This document shows, one piece after another, positions 9,326-19,457 of a DNA stretch of 64,000 nt; the stretch's first letter is position 1, and every line of letters starts with the position of its first letter. A model generated the notes under the pieces. The model saw only the letters and a program-made list of their open reading frames with translations. It was not told the DNA's origin and did no database searches. The position numbers and the translations under genes were made by a program. The stretch is from an uncultured Acidobacteriaceae bacterium (GTDB taxonomy: Bacteria > Acidobacteriota > Terriglobia > Terriglobales > Acidobacteriaceae), in the NCBI GenBank assembly GCA_963725995.1, contig CAVSAX010000012.1, positions 3,329 to 67,328 of the forward strand. The letters are read 5' to 3'.

Positions 9326-9659
9326 GGAGGCCAGTGACGCAACTTGTACTTAAACTCCATGACCGAATGGTTGAGAGACTTGCTCGATCAAGCCATCCGC
9401 GATTGTCACACAGTATATGAGATGCAGAAGTAAGCGTCGGGTTGCAGGATCTGTCTTCTGTTCGCCGACCGCATTTGCATCCAAACAACTGTTGCAATTC
9501 CTGAAGTCTATCCATCTTTTGGTACAAATGCAAGGAGATCAGAAAATTAAATTCACTTTCCGGTATAGATTTCGGACTTATTCGGCCAACTTGTATGATT
9601 TAACGTATTGTTTGCAGTGCGACGCGGGCCTTCCCCGTGCCGAGAAAGGGAAGTAAACA

Positions 9660-9902
9660 TTGAATAATGAGGAAGATACGGCAATAGCATCCAATGAGGC
9701 TGAAAGCCAGGGTCCGCAACAAGGGATTGAGGAGACTTACAAGGGAAGAGATCGGCTCAGAACCGGACTGCTGATGCTTTCTTCAGCGCTCCTCGGCGGG
9801 ATAGCCTTCGCCATTTGGAATCGCCGACAGATATCCAGCATGCAACAACAGCCGCCAGCTCAGTCAGGCACTTTCCCTGCCGACGACGACGCTATTTACT
9901 AG
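9660..9902 (+). CDS. Hypothetical small membrane protein
   Basis: An 80-aa ORF starts at TTG after AAGGGAAG and has one hydrophobic segment (LLMLSSALLGGIAFAIW). Its 3' end overlaps the convergent dehydratase gene by 11 nt. The call is weak. Confidence 0.3.
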   Translation: MNNEEDTAIASNEAESQGPQQGIEETYKGRDRLRTGLLMLSSALLGGIAFAIWNRRQISSMQQQPPAQSGTFPADDDAIY

Positions 9903-10185
9903 CGGCGGCGTAAATTTTGTCGCAACCAGATGCCAGGCTGAAATCCTTGTCGGTCAGGCCACCTGCATCGTGTGAAACCAGCGCGAGCCTCACCTTGTTG
10001 TAGCGAATGTCGATGTCTGGATGGTGTCCTGCAGTCTCGGCCAATTCTCCGACGCGATTCACAAACTGAAGGGACTGGACGAAGCTCTGAAACGCAAAAG
10101 TCCGAACAATCTCCCCGTCCTGAAGACCCCAGTCGGGGATCGATTTGAGATTGCTCTGGATATCTTCGGAGTTGAGTTTTGCCAT
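9892..10185 (-). CDS. Pterin-4-alpha-carbinolamine dehydratase
   Basis: The protein is ~97 aa from MAKLNSEDI. GHHPDIDIRYNKVRLALVSHDAGGLTDKD matches the conserved PCD core. Confidence 0.8.
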   Translation of the reverse strand: MAKLNSEDIQSNLKSIPDWGLQDGEIVRTFAFQSFVQSLQFVNRVGELAETAGHHPDIDIRYNKVRLALVSHDAGGLTDKDFSLASGCDKIYAAASK

Positions 10186-10212
10186 AACAACCTCCACGCT
10201 CAACGGGCCCGG

Positions 10213-11310
10213 TTAGCGTTGCTCGGCGGGATACGCGAATGGAGTAAACCCTTTATTATGAACGCTGATCTCCGCTCGCAAGTCTAGCCACAGCTGATCC
10301 GGCAGGCTCAGGAAGACTGCTACCACGCCAGGGTCAAACTGTGTTCCAGCACAGCGGCTGATTTCTCTGCGCGCAGCTTCCATCGTATTTGCGCCACGGT
10401 ATGGCCGGTCTGAGGTGATCGCATCCAAGGTGTCCGCCACTGCGAAAACGCGCGCTCCCAGCGGAATCTCCTCACCCCGCAGGCCCCGCGGGTACCCTGA
10501 GCCGTCGTAATGTTCCTGATGACTAAAAACAATCTCTGCGGCTTCATGCAAAAACGGAATCTTGCGCAGCATGTGGTAGCCGCGAGCGCAATGCTCGCGC
10601 ATCACCGTTTGCTCATCCCGGCTTAGCGTTCCCGGTTTCAGCAAAATCGCGTCTGGAATGGCCATTTTGCCGATGTCGTGCAGGAAGGCTCCGCGCGCTA
10701 TCACTCTGATTTCAGAGGGACTAAGGCCCATGGCCCGGGAAAGAGCGATGGTAAACGCAGTGACCCTCTTTGAGTGACCTTCGGTCTCGGAGTCCTTCAG
10801 ATCGAGAGCATCTCCAAGCGCCTCCAGCGTGATGTCGTAGGAGCGCTCCAGGTCGGCCACCGCCTGACCCAGCATTTCGGTTCGGGACGAGACGAGTTGC
10901 TCCAGGTTGTGGCGGAACTGGGCATTTTGCTTCACCAGACCGCGGTAATCGAGCGCTCGCTGGACGGTCTTGTGCAATTGCTTGTTTTCGAAGGGTTTCA
11001 GCAGGTAGTCGTAGGCGCCCTGCCGCATGGCCGTAATGGCGGTCCCGATATCCTGAATTGCGGTAATCATCACGACTGGGGTGTCCGGCTGGACCTGCTT
11101 TACGCGTTCCAGCAGGGCGAGCCCATCCAGGCCAAGCATGGAAATATCGGTGAGAACCAGGTCGTACGGTCGATCGAACTCTACGTGACGCAAGGCATCC
11201 CGGCTGCTGCTCGCCAGAAATGGCTCGTAGTTCGCCATTTTCAGCGCCGCACCTATTGCTACCCTCACATGCTCGTCGTCATCGACAACGAGGATTCGAA
11301 CCGACGCCAT
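10213..11310 (-). CDS. Response regulator with HD-GYP output domain (RpfG-type, putative c-di-GMP phosphodiesterase)
   Basis: Receiver motifs are RILVVDDDEHVR and DLVLTDISMLGLDG. HD-GYP motifs are HDIGKMAIPD and HQEHYDGSGYPRGL. Confidence 0.85.
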   Translation of the reverse strand: MASVRILVVDDDEHVRVAIGAALKMANYEPFLASSSRDALRHVEFDRPYDLVLTDISMLGLDGLALLERVKQVQPDTPVVMITAIQDIGTAITAMRQGAYDYLLKPFENKQLHKTVQRALDYRGLVKQNAQFRHNLEQLVSSRTEMLGQAVADLERSYDITLEALGDALDLKDSETEGHSKRVTAFTIALSRAMGLSPSEIRVIARGAFLHDIGKMAIPDAILLKPGTLSRDEQTVMREHCARGYHMLRKIPFLHEAAEIVFSHQEHYDGSGYPRGLRGEEIPLGARVFAVADTLDAITSDRPYRGANTMEAARREISRCAGTQFDPGVVAVFLSLPDQLWLDLRAEISVHNKGFTPFAYPAEQR

Positions 11311-11648
11311 TCAGTCTCCACTCTTTTGCTGTACTGTAGGCACAACGCGGATTTTATCAGTCTCTTGCATCTGCTGGCTGTTACCTGTGACCGATGAACG
11401 CCCGCTTGTGACCGGAGATGCCTTTAGCCAGATATATGTCTGCGCGAGTCAACCTGTAAATCTTAAATTGGACACGCGGTGCCGTCTGTCCTACATAGGA
11501 GCTATGTGCAGAGATTCCTTCCTGATCGTTTTCTGCTAAAGTTTACGTATTAGTCATTATTCGCGCTATCAGAGAAAACAATTCTGTTCAAAATAGCGTC
11601 CAAAGGGACATCGGGGCAACCGCTGTAGGTACGTCTTTCGAGGGATAT

Positions 11649-12248
11649 TTGTTCAACCCTAATCGTGCATTTTTCGACGACTTGACCCCTGCGGTCATGT
11701 GCTCCGCGAAGCGGCCTCTCCGAGACCGCCAGCTGGATATCTACGACAGTCACCGGCATCGCGTCTTCTCGCTCGCTTACTACATGATCGGCAATGAGGT
11801 GGCAGCGGAAGAGACGCTGGGAAAGACTTTTTTGCGCGCGTTCCAGAAAACTGATGAGCCGGACGCTGGTGGGATTGATACAGCCCTCATGGATGAGTTG
11901 CGCCAGCAGATGACCTTTGACCGCAATATTGTGCCCGCACAGGCCTCTCCAAAAGATTCCCTGCACAACGGAAACGTCCGCAAAACTGATCTCGAGGAGG
12001 CAATCAGCGAGCTTCCTGAGGTTGAACGTCTTGCCTACCTGCTGAAAGACGTTGAGGGCTACTCGACCCAGTCAATCTCCGGTTTGATGGCAATTCCTGC
12101 TCCCCAGGTACCGCGAATTCTCATGTCCGCGCGGATCCGCGTGCGCTCCACGCTGGCCGCAAAGGTAGCCCTGCGCAACAAGCTGCAAAAAGAACTGGAA
12201 GATCAGGATAATTCCTGCGAGTCGCCAGACGCCTCCGCCGCAGCCTGA
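11649..12248 (+). CDS. Sigma-70 family (ECF-like) RNA polymerase sigma factor; start uncertain
   Basis: The region-2-like segment is HRHRVFSLAYYMIGNEVAAEETLGKTFLRAF. The region-4 HTH is LPEVERLAYLLKDVEGYSTQSISGLMAIPAPQVPRILMSARIRV. Confidence 0.55.
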   Translation: MFNPNRAFFDDLTPAVMCSAKRPLRDRQLDIYDSHRHRVFSLAYYMIGNEVAAEETLGKTFLRAFQKTDEPDAGGIDTALMDELRQQMTFDRNIVPAQASPKDSLHNGNVRKTDLEEAISELPEVERLAYLLKDVEGYSTQSISGLMAIPAPQVPRILMSARIRVRSTLAAKVALRNKLQKELEDQDNSCESPDASAAA

Positions 12249-12277
12249 TTACAGAAGGCGCGCCGTCCGGTCGTGCG

Positions 12278-13678
12278 TCAGGATTTCTTTGCCCGCACCA
12301 ATCTCTCGCGACGCTTGATTGCCCAGCCAGCCTTGTTTTCCTGGCGTGAACGAGCCACGCCCAGGGAGTCCGGCGGCACATCCTCTGTGATGCAGGAGCC
12401 GGCGGCGATATAGGCCCCGTCGGCGATCGTCAACGGCGCCACGAGGGTGGAATCGCTGCCCACAAAAACCCCATTGCCAATTCTGGTGGTGTGCTTGTTT
12501 ACCCCGTCATAGTTGCAGGTGATCACGCCGGCCCCAATGTTTGTGCCGCTGCCCACTTGCGAGTCGCCAAGGTAGCTCAGGTGGTTGGCCTTGGATCCCT
12601 TGCCCAGCTTCACCTTCTTGGTCTCAACGAAGTTGCCGACATGGGCGTTTTCGCCGATCTCACTGCCCGGCCTCAAGTGCGAATAAGGGCCAATCACGGC
12701 TCCGGATTCCACCGTCGCGCCAGAGAGAATCGAACCTTGGCGAATCAACACTCCATCGGCGATCGTCGAATTCTCAACGACCGAGTAGGAGCGAATGCGG
12801 CAGTTCTCGCCAATCTTGGTGTTCCCCAGCAACTGCACTCCGGGCTCAATTATTGTGTCTGCGCCTACCTGCACCTCTGAATCGATCAGGCTACTCTCCG
12901 GCCGAAATATCGTGACGCCCTCCGACATCAGCCTTCGGGCAGTCTGGAGGCGAATCGCCGCGTCAAGCTGCATCATCTCTGCGATGGTATTTGCGCCCAG
13001 CACTTCATTCGGGAATTCCGCTTCCAGTGCGACAACACGCTCGCCTGCGTCTACAAGCAACCGCGCCATATCTGTCAGGTAGTACTCGCCATGTACATTC
13101 GCCGTCTTCAACGCTCCAATGTGGCGGAAGAGCGGACCGCTCGCAAAGGCATAAATGCCCGAGTTGATTTCGGGATTCCGAGCCTGTTCCTCTGAAAGAG
13201 CCTTCTGCTCAACGATGGCGGCAACCTCTACGGACGCGGGAGCCCTGCGTATCACCCGCCCATAGCCGTGCGGATCATCGGGCGCGGCACTCAGAATCGT
13301 CATGGCTGCACGCTGCTGTAGATGGAAGTCGCGAATGCCGGCAATCGTCTCCGTGCGAATCAAAGGCACGTCCCCGGACAAGACGAGGATGTGGTCGTAT
13401 CCCTCGACGGAGGTCTGCGCGCATTGGATCGCGTGACCCGTGCCACGCTGCTCCGCCTGGAGAACAAATTTCACGCCGGTGGAGGCGACCGCACCCTTCA
13501 CCCGCTCCGCCTCGTGTCCCACGACGACGTAGATGTCCTCCGCCGGCACCACTTTCACCGCGGCTGCAATCACGTTGGCCAGCAGAGGCTTTCCGCCGAT
13601 CTCGTGCAGGACCTTGGGCCGCTTCGATTTCAGGCGTGTCCCCTTGCCCGCTGCCATGATCACAATTGCAAATCTCAT
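12278..13678 (-). CDS. glmU: Bifunctional UDP-N-acetylglucosamine pyrophosphorylase / glucosamine-1-phosphate N-acetyltransferase
   Basis: The N-terminus is AIVIMAAGKGTRLKSKRPKVLHEIGGKPLL. The C-terminus has a left-handed beta-helix of hexapeptide repeats (IGENCRIRSYSVVENSTIADGVLIRQGS...). The size of ~466 aa fits. Confidence 0.9.
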   Translation of the reverse strand: MRFAIVIMAAGKGTRLKSKRPKVLHEIGGKPLLANVIAAAVKVVPAEDIYVVVGHEAERVKGAVASTGVKFVLQAEQRGTGHAIQCAQTSVEGYDHILVLSGDVPLIRTETIAGIRDFHLQQRAAMTILSAAPDDPHGYGRVIRRAPASVEVAAIVEQKALSEEQARNPEINSGIYAFASGPLFRHIGALKTANVHGEYYLTDMARLLVDAGERVVALEAEFPNEVLGANTIAEMMQLDAAIRLQTARRLMSEGVTIFRPESSLIDSEVQVGADTIIEPGVQLLGNTKIGENCRIRSYSVVENSTIADGVLIRQGSILSGATVESGAVIGPYSHLRPGSEIGENAHVGNFVETKKVKLGKGSKANHLSYLGDSQVGSGTNIGAGVITCNYDGVNKHTTRIGNGVFVGSDSTLVAPLTIADGAYIAAGSCITEDVPPDSLGVARSRQENKAGWAIKRRERLVRAKKS

Positions 13679-13683
13679 CTCGT

Positions 13684-15147
13684 TCAACGGCCCTTTCCGC
13701 CCTGAGCATCCATACCCGGCGGCATGGGAATAGTGATGTCTATTGGCTCAACCTTGCCCAGCTTATCCAGCGGAGTGCCGAACTCCGTGGAATTGCCTAC
13801 AACCAATATGGCCAGCTTGGACGGATCAATATACTTCTTCGCCACGCGCTCTACATCTGCGGTGGTGACCTTCTCGATCGCGGTCCGGTACTTGTCGAGG
13901 TAATCCGGGGGATAGCTGAAGAACTCCAGTTTCACCTGCTCGAAGAGAATCTTTTCCTTGTTGTCGTAACGGAAGATGAACGAATTCAAAATCTGATCTT
14001 TCGCGTTCTGCAGTTCGATCTCGGTGAAAGGCTGCGTCTTGAGGTTATCGATCTCCTTCAGCATCGCCTGCGTCGCATCCACCGTATTGGCGCTCTGGGT
14101 GCCCGCTACCACGCGGAAGATTCCTGGGTGGTCGTATGAGGCTCCGTACGAACCGTCAACCGAATAAGCGAGGCCCATCTGGGTTCTGATTTTCTGAAAC
14201 AGGCGCGAACTGAAGCCGCCGCTGAAGATTTCATTCATCACCGTGAGAGCGTAGAAGTCGGGATTCTTCCGCTCAGTGCCAAGGCCGACGATCCAGATGT
14301 TGCTCTGGTTGACGTCCTGCTTGTCCACAAAATAGACGCCCGGCTTGGGACCGGCAAATTTCTCAGGCGGCGCTGCAAGCTGGACACCCTTCTTCATTGG
14401 CTCGAAGGCCTGGCGAAGCTTTTGCTCCATCTGTGCCGAGTCAAAATCTCCCACCACCCCGACGATGATGTTATTTGCGACCACGGTCCGGTCGTGCCAC
14501 TTTTTAAGATCATCGACGGTTACAGATCCAATCGTTGCAAACTCAGGCTCGCGCGTGTAGATGCTGTTTGCGCCGTACACCAGCTTTTCCGCCTCGCGCG
14601 CCGCGATGCCGCCTGCATTCTCATTGCGCCGGACAATCCCTGCCGCGGCTCCCTGCTTGGCCAATTCCAGCTTCTGGTTATCGAATGCGGGATGGAGAAG
14701 CAGATCGACTGCGATGGCAAACACCTGGTCCTCATCCGCCTTCAGGCAGGACCATCCCACGCTGGTCGAATCGACGTCGCCATTCGTCTCCACTTTGGCG
14801 GCCTTTGCTTCCAGGATGTCGTCCAGTTGATCGCCATTCTTCGTAGCAGTCCCGCTTGTGCGCCAGGTTTCCGCATACAAATCCACCAGGCCAGCTTTTG
14901 CTGCATCGACGTCGCGTGACCCGCCGCGAATTTCGATGAAGCCGTTCACAAAGGGAAGCTCGTGATCCTCCTGCAGGAACAGCACCACGCCATTGGGCAG
15001 TGCGATGCGCTTCGGCTGCTGCGGATGAAACGCGTTGAGTTGGGGAATTGGGATCGACTTCCACGGCTCGGGTTGCTGCGCATACACAGGCCCGAGGGCA
15101 GAGAGAGAGAGCACTGCTGTCATGGCAAGCGTCGCGTATCGATTCAC
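13684..15147 (-). CDS. M16-family peptidase-like protein, probably the non-catalytic partner, secreted
   Basis: It has a signal peptide (MNRYATLAMTAVLSLSALGPVYAQ) and an insulinase-like length and layout, but no HxxEH motif. Its GTG start overlaps the stop of the upstream M16 gene (GTGA). Confidence 0.75.
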   Translation of the reverse strand: MNRYATLAMTAVLSLSALGPVYAQQPEPWKSIPIPQLNAFHPQQPKRIALPNGVVLFLQEDHELPFVNGFIEIRGGSRDVDAAKAGLVDLYAETWRTSGTATKNGDQLDDILEAKAAKVETNGDVDSTSVGWSCLKADEDQVFAIAVDLLLHPAFDNQKLELAKQGAAAGIVRRNENAGGIAAREAEKLVYGANSIYTREPEFATIGSVTVDDLKKWHDRTVVANNIIVGVVGDFDSAQMEQKLRQAFEPMKKGVQLAAPPEKFAGPKPGVYFVDKQDVNQSNIWIVGLGTERKNPDFYALTVMNEIFSGGFSSRLFQKIRTQMGLAYSVDGSYGASYDHPGIFRVVAGTQSANTVDATQAMLKEIDNLKTQPFTEIELQNAKDQILNSFIFRYDNKEKILFEQVKLEFFSYPPDYLDKYRTAIEKVTTADVERVAKKYIDPSKLAILVVGNSTEFGTPLDKLGKVEPIDITIPMPPGMDAQGGKGR

Positions 15148-16679
15148 TTTGCACCCCCTGCTGCCTGTGCCGGGGCTTTCGGCGCTTCAAATTCAATCAT
15201 GGCTGACGTCCTGTTGCTCTCCAGAAAAATCTTGTTGGCCGCGCGCTGAATATCGGCTTTCGATACTTTGTCGATGCGGTCGAGTTGCTTGAAAAGTTCT
15301 CGCCAATCCCCGTAGCGCATCTGGTAGACCACCAGCTGTTCCGCCAGCCCCTGGTTGTCGGCCAGGCCGCGCAGCAAGTCGGCGCGCGCGCGCGTCTTGA
15401 ACATCGCCAACTCGTCATCTGTTACCGGAGTTGTCTTCAGCTTGTCGATCTCCTTGTGAATCGCATCGCGCATCTGCTGCGGTGTATGACCCTGCGCAGG
15501 AACGGCGAGGAAGGAGAAGAGGCCCGGGTATTTCACTCCAGGAAATCCACTGAACCCCTCTGCCGCCACAGCGATCTGTTGATCGCGCACCAGGCTGCGA
15601 TAGAGCCGCGAGGTTCGCCCGTTGGAGAAAATATCAGTGATCGCATCATAGGTGGCATCATCGGGATCGCGATAGTCGGGCCGATGATAGCCCTCGATGT
15701 AGAAGGGCTGCGTGGCTTCGCGGATGGTCACTGTCTTCTCTGAACGCTGCGGAGGTTCCACCGTCGTCATTTCTTCGGGCAGCGGGGCAGTCGGAATGCG
15801 GCCGAAATATTTCTCCAGAATCGGCATCACCGTTGCAGCCTTCAAGTCGCCGGCCACGCCAATCACGATGTTTCCCGGAACATAGTAGGTCTTGTGAAAG
15901 ACGTCAGCTTCGGTCGCGGTAATCTGGCTCAGTTCGGACGCCCAACCAACGCCCGGCCTGCCGTAGGGATGCGCCACGTACGCCGTGGCGAGAAACTGCT
16001 CCACCATGCGACCGATGGGGCTAGAGTCGGAACGCATGCGGCGCTCCTCCATCACCACTTCGCGCTCCTTGTAGAATTCGCGCGGCACCGGATTCATGAT
16101 CCTGTCGCTCTCCAGATACGCCCATAGCTCAAAGCGATTCGACGGCATGCTCCAGAAATACTGTGTCGAGTCCAGGCTTGTGGAGGCGTTGATTCCAGTC
16201 GCCCCGTTCTTCTCGGCAATCTCAGTAAATTCGTTTGGGATTACGTACTTCTGGGCGGCAGCAACAGCAGCGTCGAAATCCGCCTTCAACTGCTTTAGCT
16301 TCGTCTCATCTCTGCCCACGCGCTTGCGATACTCTGCGTCATAGGCAGCGTAGGTCTCCTCAACCTTCGCCAGGGCCACTTTCTCGGCCGCATAGTCGGT
16401 CGTACCAATATCCTTGGTCCCCTTGAAGGCCAGATGTTCGAACATGTGCGCCAACCCGGATTGCCCGCCGGGATCGTTCGCGTCTCCCGCGTTCACCATC
16501 GTCCAGAAGGAGAAGACCGGAGCCTCAGGCCTCTCACAGACAATCAGCGTCAGGCCATTCGGCAATACTTTCGTTGTGATCCGCTTCTCAAAACTGGCAA
16601 GGTCCTGCGCCGATGCCGACAGAGCCAAGGCGCAAAGAAGGGCAACCGAGCATAAAGCCGAACGAAAAGAGAAAGTCAT
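15144..16679 (-). CDS. M16-family zinc metallopeptidase (insulinase/pitrilysin-like), secreted
   Basis: Signal peptide MTFSFRSALCSVALLCALALSASAQ is followed by the inverted zinc motif in LAHMFEHLAFKGT (HxxEH). Confidence 0.85.
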   Translation of the reverse strand: MTFSFRSALCSVALLCALALSASAQDLASFEKRITTKVLPNGLTLIVCERPEAPVFSFWTMVNAGDANDPGGQSGLAHMFEHLAFKGTKDIGTTDYAAEKVALAKVEETYAAYDAEYRKRVGRDETKLKQLKADFDAAVAAAQKYVIPNEFTEIAEKNGATGINASTSLDSTQYFWSMPSNRFELWAYLESDRIMNPVPREFYKEREVVMEERRMRSDSSPIGRMVEQFLATAYVAHPYGRPGVGWASELSQITATEADVFHKTYYVPGNIVIGVAGDLKAATVMPILEKYFGRIPTAPLPEEMTTVEPPQRSEKTVTIREATQPFYIEGYHRPDYRDPDDATYDAITDIFSNGRTSRLYRSLVRDQQIAVAAEGFSGFPGVKYPGLFSFLAVPAQGHTPQQMRDAIHKEIDKLKTTPVTDDELAMFKTRARADLLRGLADNQGLAEQLVVYQMRYGDWRELFKQLDRIDKVSKADIQRAANKIFLESNRTSAMIEFEAPKAPAQAAGGAK

Positions 16680-16860
16680 ATTTTTGGCGCGACCTCGATT
16701 TCCCCCTGCTGCGCGCTCTCTGAGCCACGCGTAATGCTGGAGGGGACTTGATTCCGAAACTAACTGCCTGCACCCTCCGTGTCAAACCAGGCCGCCTCGA
16801 TCGATGGCCCTGATTTCCAGCAGGTTACGCCTTTGTTTTACGGCGACTTAGGTGGCCACC

Positions 16861-16890
16861 TTGACCAAATGAATGTCCATTCATTATGCT
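16861..16890 (+). promoter_or_regulatory. Candidate sigma-70 promoter with an embedded 18-bp palindromic operator upstream of the beta-oxidation operon
   Basis: TTGACC (16861-16866), an 18-nt spacer and TATGCT (16885-16890). The spacer carries the perfect palindrome AATGAATG-TC-CATTCATT (16868-16885). The site is ~70 nt upstream of ATG 16958. Confidence 0.4.
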
Positions 16891-16957
16891 TCGGCAGTTT
16901 TCGGTATTCCGCCCAAGGGTAAGCGGTGCCGAATCTAACACCCAAGGAGTCTCCGAA

Positions 16958-19457
16958 ATGAGCACCACCACGACTGCGGCATCGGCAACACTTACAGCTA
17001 GCGGAACCTTCACGCGGCCTGCGCTCATCCGCCGCTCCGCTGTGCTCGGGGCAGGCACCATGGGATCACGTATCGCCGCTCACTTGGCCAACGCCGGAAT
17101 CCCGGTCGTGCTACTGGACATCGTTCCTTCCGGTGAAGAAAAAAATCGCAGCCGCATTGCAACGCAGGCTGTCGAGTCTCTCCTGAAGTCCAAGCCGGCT
17201 GCTTTCTACGACACGTCCAGCGCTCGGCTCATCACGCCCGGCAACTTCGAAGACGACCTCAAACTCCTCTCTGCCTGCGATTGGATCATCGAAGCGGTCA
17301 CTGAAGATCTCGCCATCAAGCAGCCACTGCTGGCGAAGATTCTGCCGCACCTTCGCCCACCGCTATCCTCACTACCAACACCAGCGGCCTGCCGGTTGCG
17401 TCGATTGCCTCGGGGCTTCCGAAGAATTCCGCAGCGGATTTCATCATCGCTGGTTCGGCACCCACTTCTTCAATCCGCCGCGCTACATGCAGTTGCTGGA
17501 GATTATCCCTACACCCGACTCCGACCCCGACGTTGTTGCAGCGCTGGCAAGCTTTGCCGACCGGCGGCTGGGCAAGTCGGTTGTCTACGCGCACGACACA
17601 CCGAACTTCATCGCCAACCGCATCGGCGTTTTCACTCTGTTCACCTCTGTGCGCCTGATGATGGAGCAGGGCCTCTCCATCGAAGACGTCGACGCGCTCA
17701 CCGGAAGCGCCATCGGCTGGCCGCGCACCGGAACCTTTCGTCTGGCGGACATGGTCGGCATCGACGTGCTCGCCCACGTCGCCGCAAACTTCTCACACTT
17801 AGCCGGAACGATACCAGCGCCGCGGCAACTGCCGCCCTTCTCCGCACCATGCTCGAACGCAAGATGGCTGGGCGACAAGACCGGACAGGGCTTCTATAAA
17901 AAGGAGAAAGACGCCGAAGGCAAGGATCAGCGCCTCGCCCTCGACTGGAACACGGTCGACTATCGTCCCCTTGCGAAGGCCAAGATGGCCGCGCTCGACA
18001 TGGCAAAGAATGCAGAGTCGCTGGCTGAGCGCCTCAAGCTGCTTCTCTCCGCAGACCCGCGTAAAGACAAGGCTGCTGCCTTCCATTGGACGCTGCTTGC
18101 GCGCCTGTGGAACTACGCTGCGGACCGTCTGCCTGAGATTGCCGATGACATACCCTCCATCGACCGCGCCATGCGCACCGGCTTCAACTGGGAGATGGGG
18201 CCATTTGAAATGTGGGACGCGGCTGGCGTGCCGGAAACAGTCGAGCGCATGCGTGCGATGGGCGAGCCTGTAAGCGCCAACGCCGAAAAGCTGCTCGCAG
18301 CCGGCCACACCTCCTGGTACAAGGACGACCCAGCCGTGCCTTCTGGCCGCGCATGCTTCAACCCTGTTACCGGCATGTACGAGCCGGTAATTCAAGCCGA
18401 AGGCGTGGCTTCCGTTGCGAAGTTCCGCAAAGTCAACGGCGTCATTCGCAAGAACAGTGGCGCGTCTCTCGTCGATATCGGCGACGGCATTGCCTGTATC
18501 GAATTGCACTCGCTCAAGAACGCCATCGGTGACGACATTGTTCATCTCGTTACGCAGGTACTGCAGCCCGACAGCGAATTCGTGAAAAACTTCCGCGGCT
18601 TTGTAATCACCGGCGACGCGGAAAATTTCTCCGTCGGTGCCAACCTTCTGCAACTCCTTCTGGCCGCGCAGGAAGGCGAATGGGACGATCTCGACCTCGC
18701 GGTGCGCGCCTTCCAGCGCATGACCGCGTCCATCAAGTTCTGCCCCTGCCCCGTCGTGGTCGCGCCCTTCGGACTCTGCCTCGGCGGCGGCACAGAGATC
18801 GCCCTTCACGCAACTCGCCGTCAACCACACGCGGAACTCTATATGGGACTGGTGGAAGCCGGCGTCGGGCTCGTCCCCGGAGGTGGCGGCACGAAGGAGA
18901 TGGCTCTGCGAGCCACCGATGCGGCTGCCGCGATTGCCAACCCAGCCCCCAACGATCCACCGGCAAAGTTCGCCATGTCCGGAGAAATGCTGGACGCGCT
19001 CAAGCGCTCGCTCGAAGTGGTGGCCATGGCCAAGGTCTCTACATCTGCTGCGGAGGCTCGCGGCCTCGGCCTGCTGTCGAATGCAGATCGCATCACGCTG
19101 CATCGTGAGCGTGTTCTCCTGGATGCAAAGCATACCGCGCTCACCATTGCCGATGCTGGCTACGCAGCTCCGGTAGAGCGAACGAAGATTCCTGTGGCGG
19201 GCGAAGCAGTGTTGCCGACGCTCAAGCTCGGCATTCACCTCATGCGGCAAGCCGAGTTCATTAGCGACCACGACGTGAAAATTGCCGGCAAAGTGGCGCA
19301 CATCCTTTGCGGTGGTAATCTCACGCCCGGTAGTATGGTCAGCGAACAATACTTCCTCGATCTCGAACGCGAAGCCTTCCTCTCCCTCTGCAGTGAGCGA
19401 AAAACGCAGGAGCGTATTGCCTTCACACTCAAGACCGGCAAGCCACTGAGGAATTGA
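16958..19457 (+). pseudogene. FadN/FadB-type 3-hydroxyacyl-CoA dehydrogenase / enoyl-CoA hydratase fusion, interrupted by two apparent 1-nt deletions (pseudogene or assembly error)
   Basis: An AAGGAG RBS precedes the start and the NAD fold is GAGTMGSRIAAHLANAGIPVVLLD. The reading switches frame after LPHLRP (~17358) to TAILTTNTSGLPVASIASGLP. It switches again (~17421) to EEFRSGFHHRWFGTHFFNPPRYMQLLEIIP. A C-terminal crotonase-like part follows (GFVITGDAENFSVGANL). Confidence 0.8.

Noticed and set aside
11292-11302. GGATTCGAACC, which looks like a tRNA T-loop on the minus strand
   Set aside because: It lies in the first codons of the response-regulator gene (MASVRILVVDD). No acceptor, D or anticodon arms can be drawn around it.
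17799-19349. A 516-aa minus-strand ORF opposite the fadN-like gene
   Set aside because: It is a shadow ORF typical of high-GC DNA. The composition is Arg/Gly/His/Ala-rich, I saw no motifs, and it lies fully antisense to a gene with clear family motifs.
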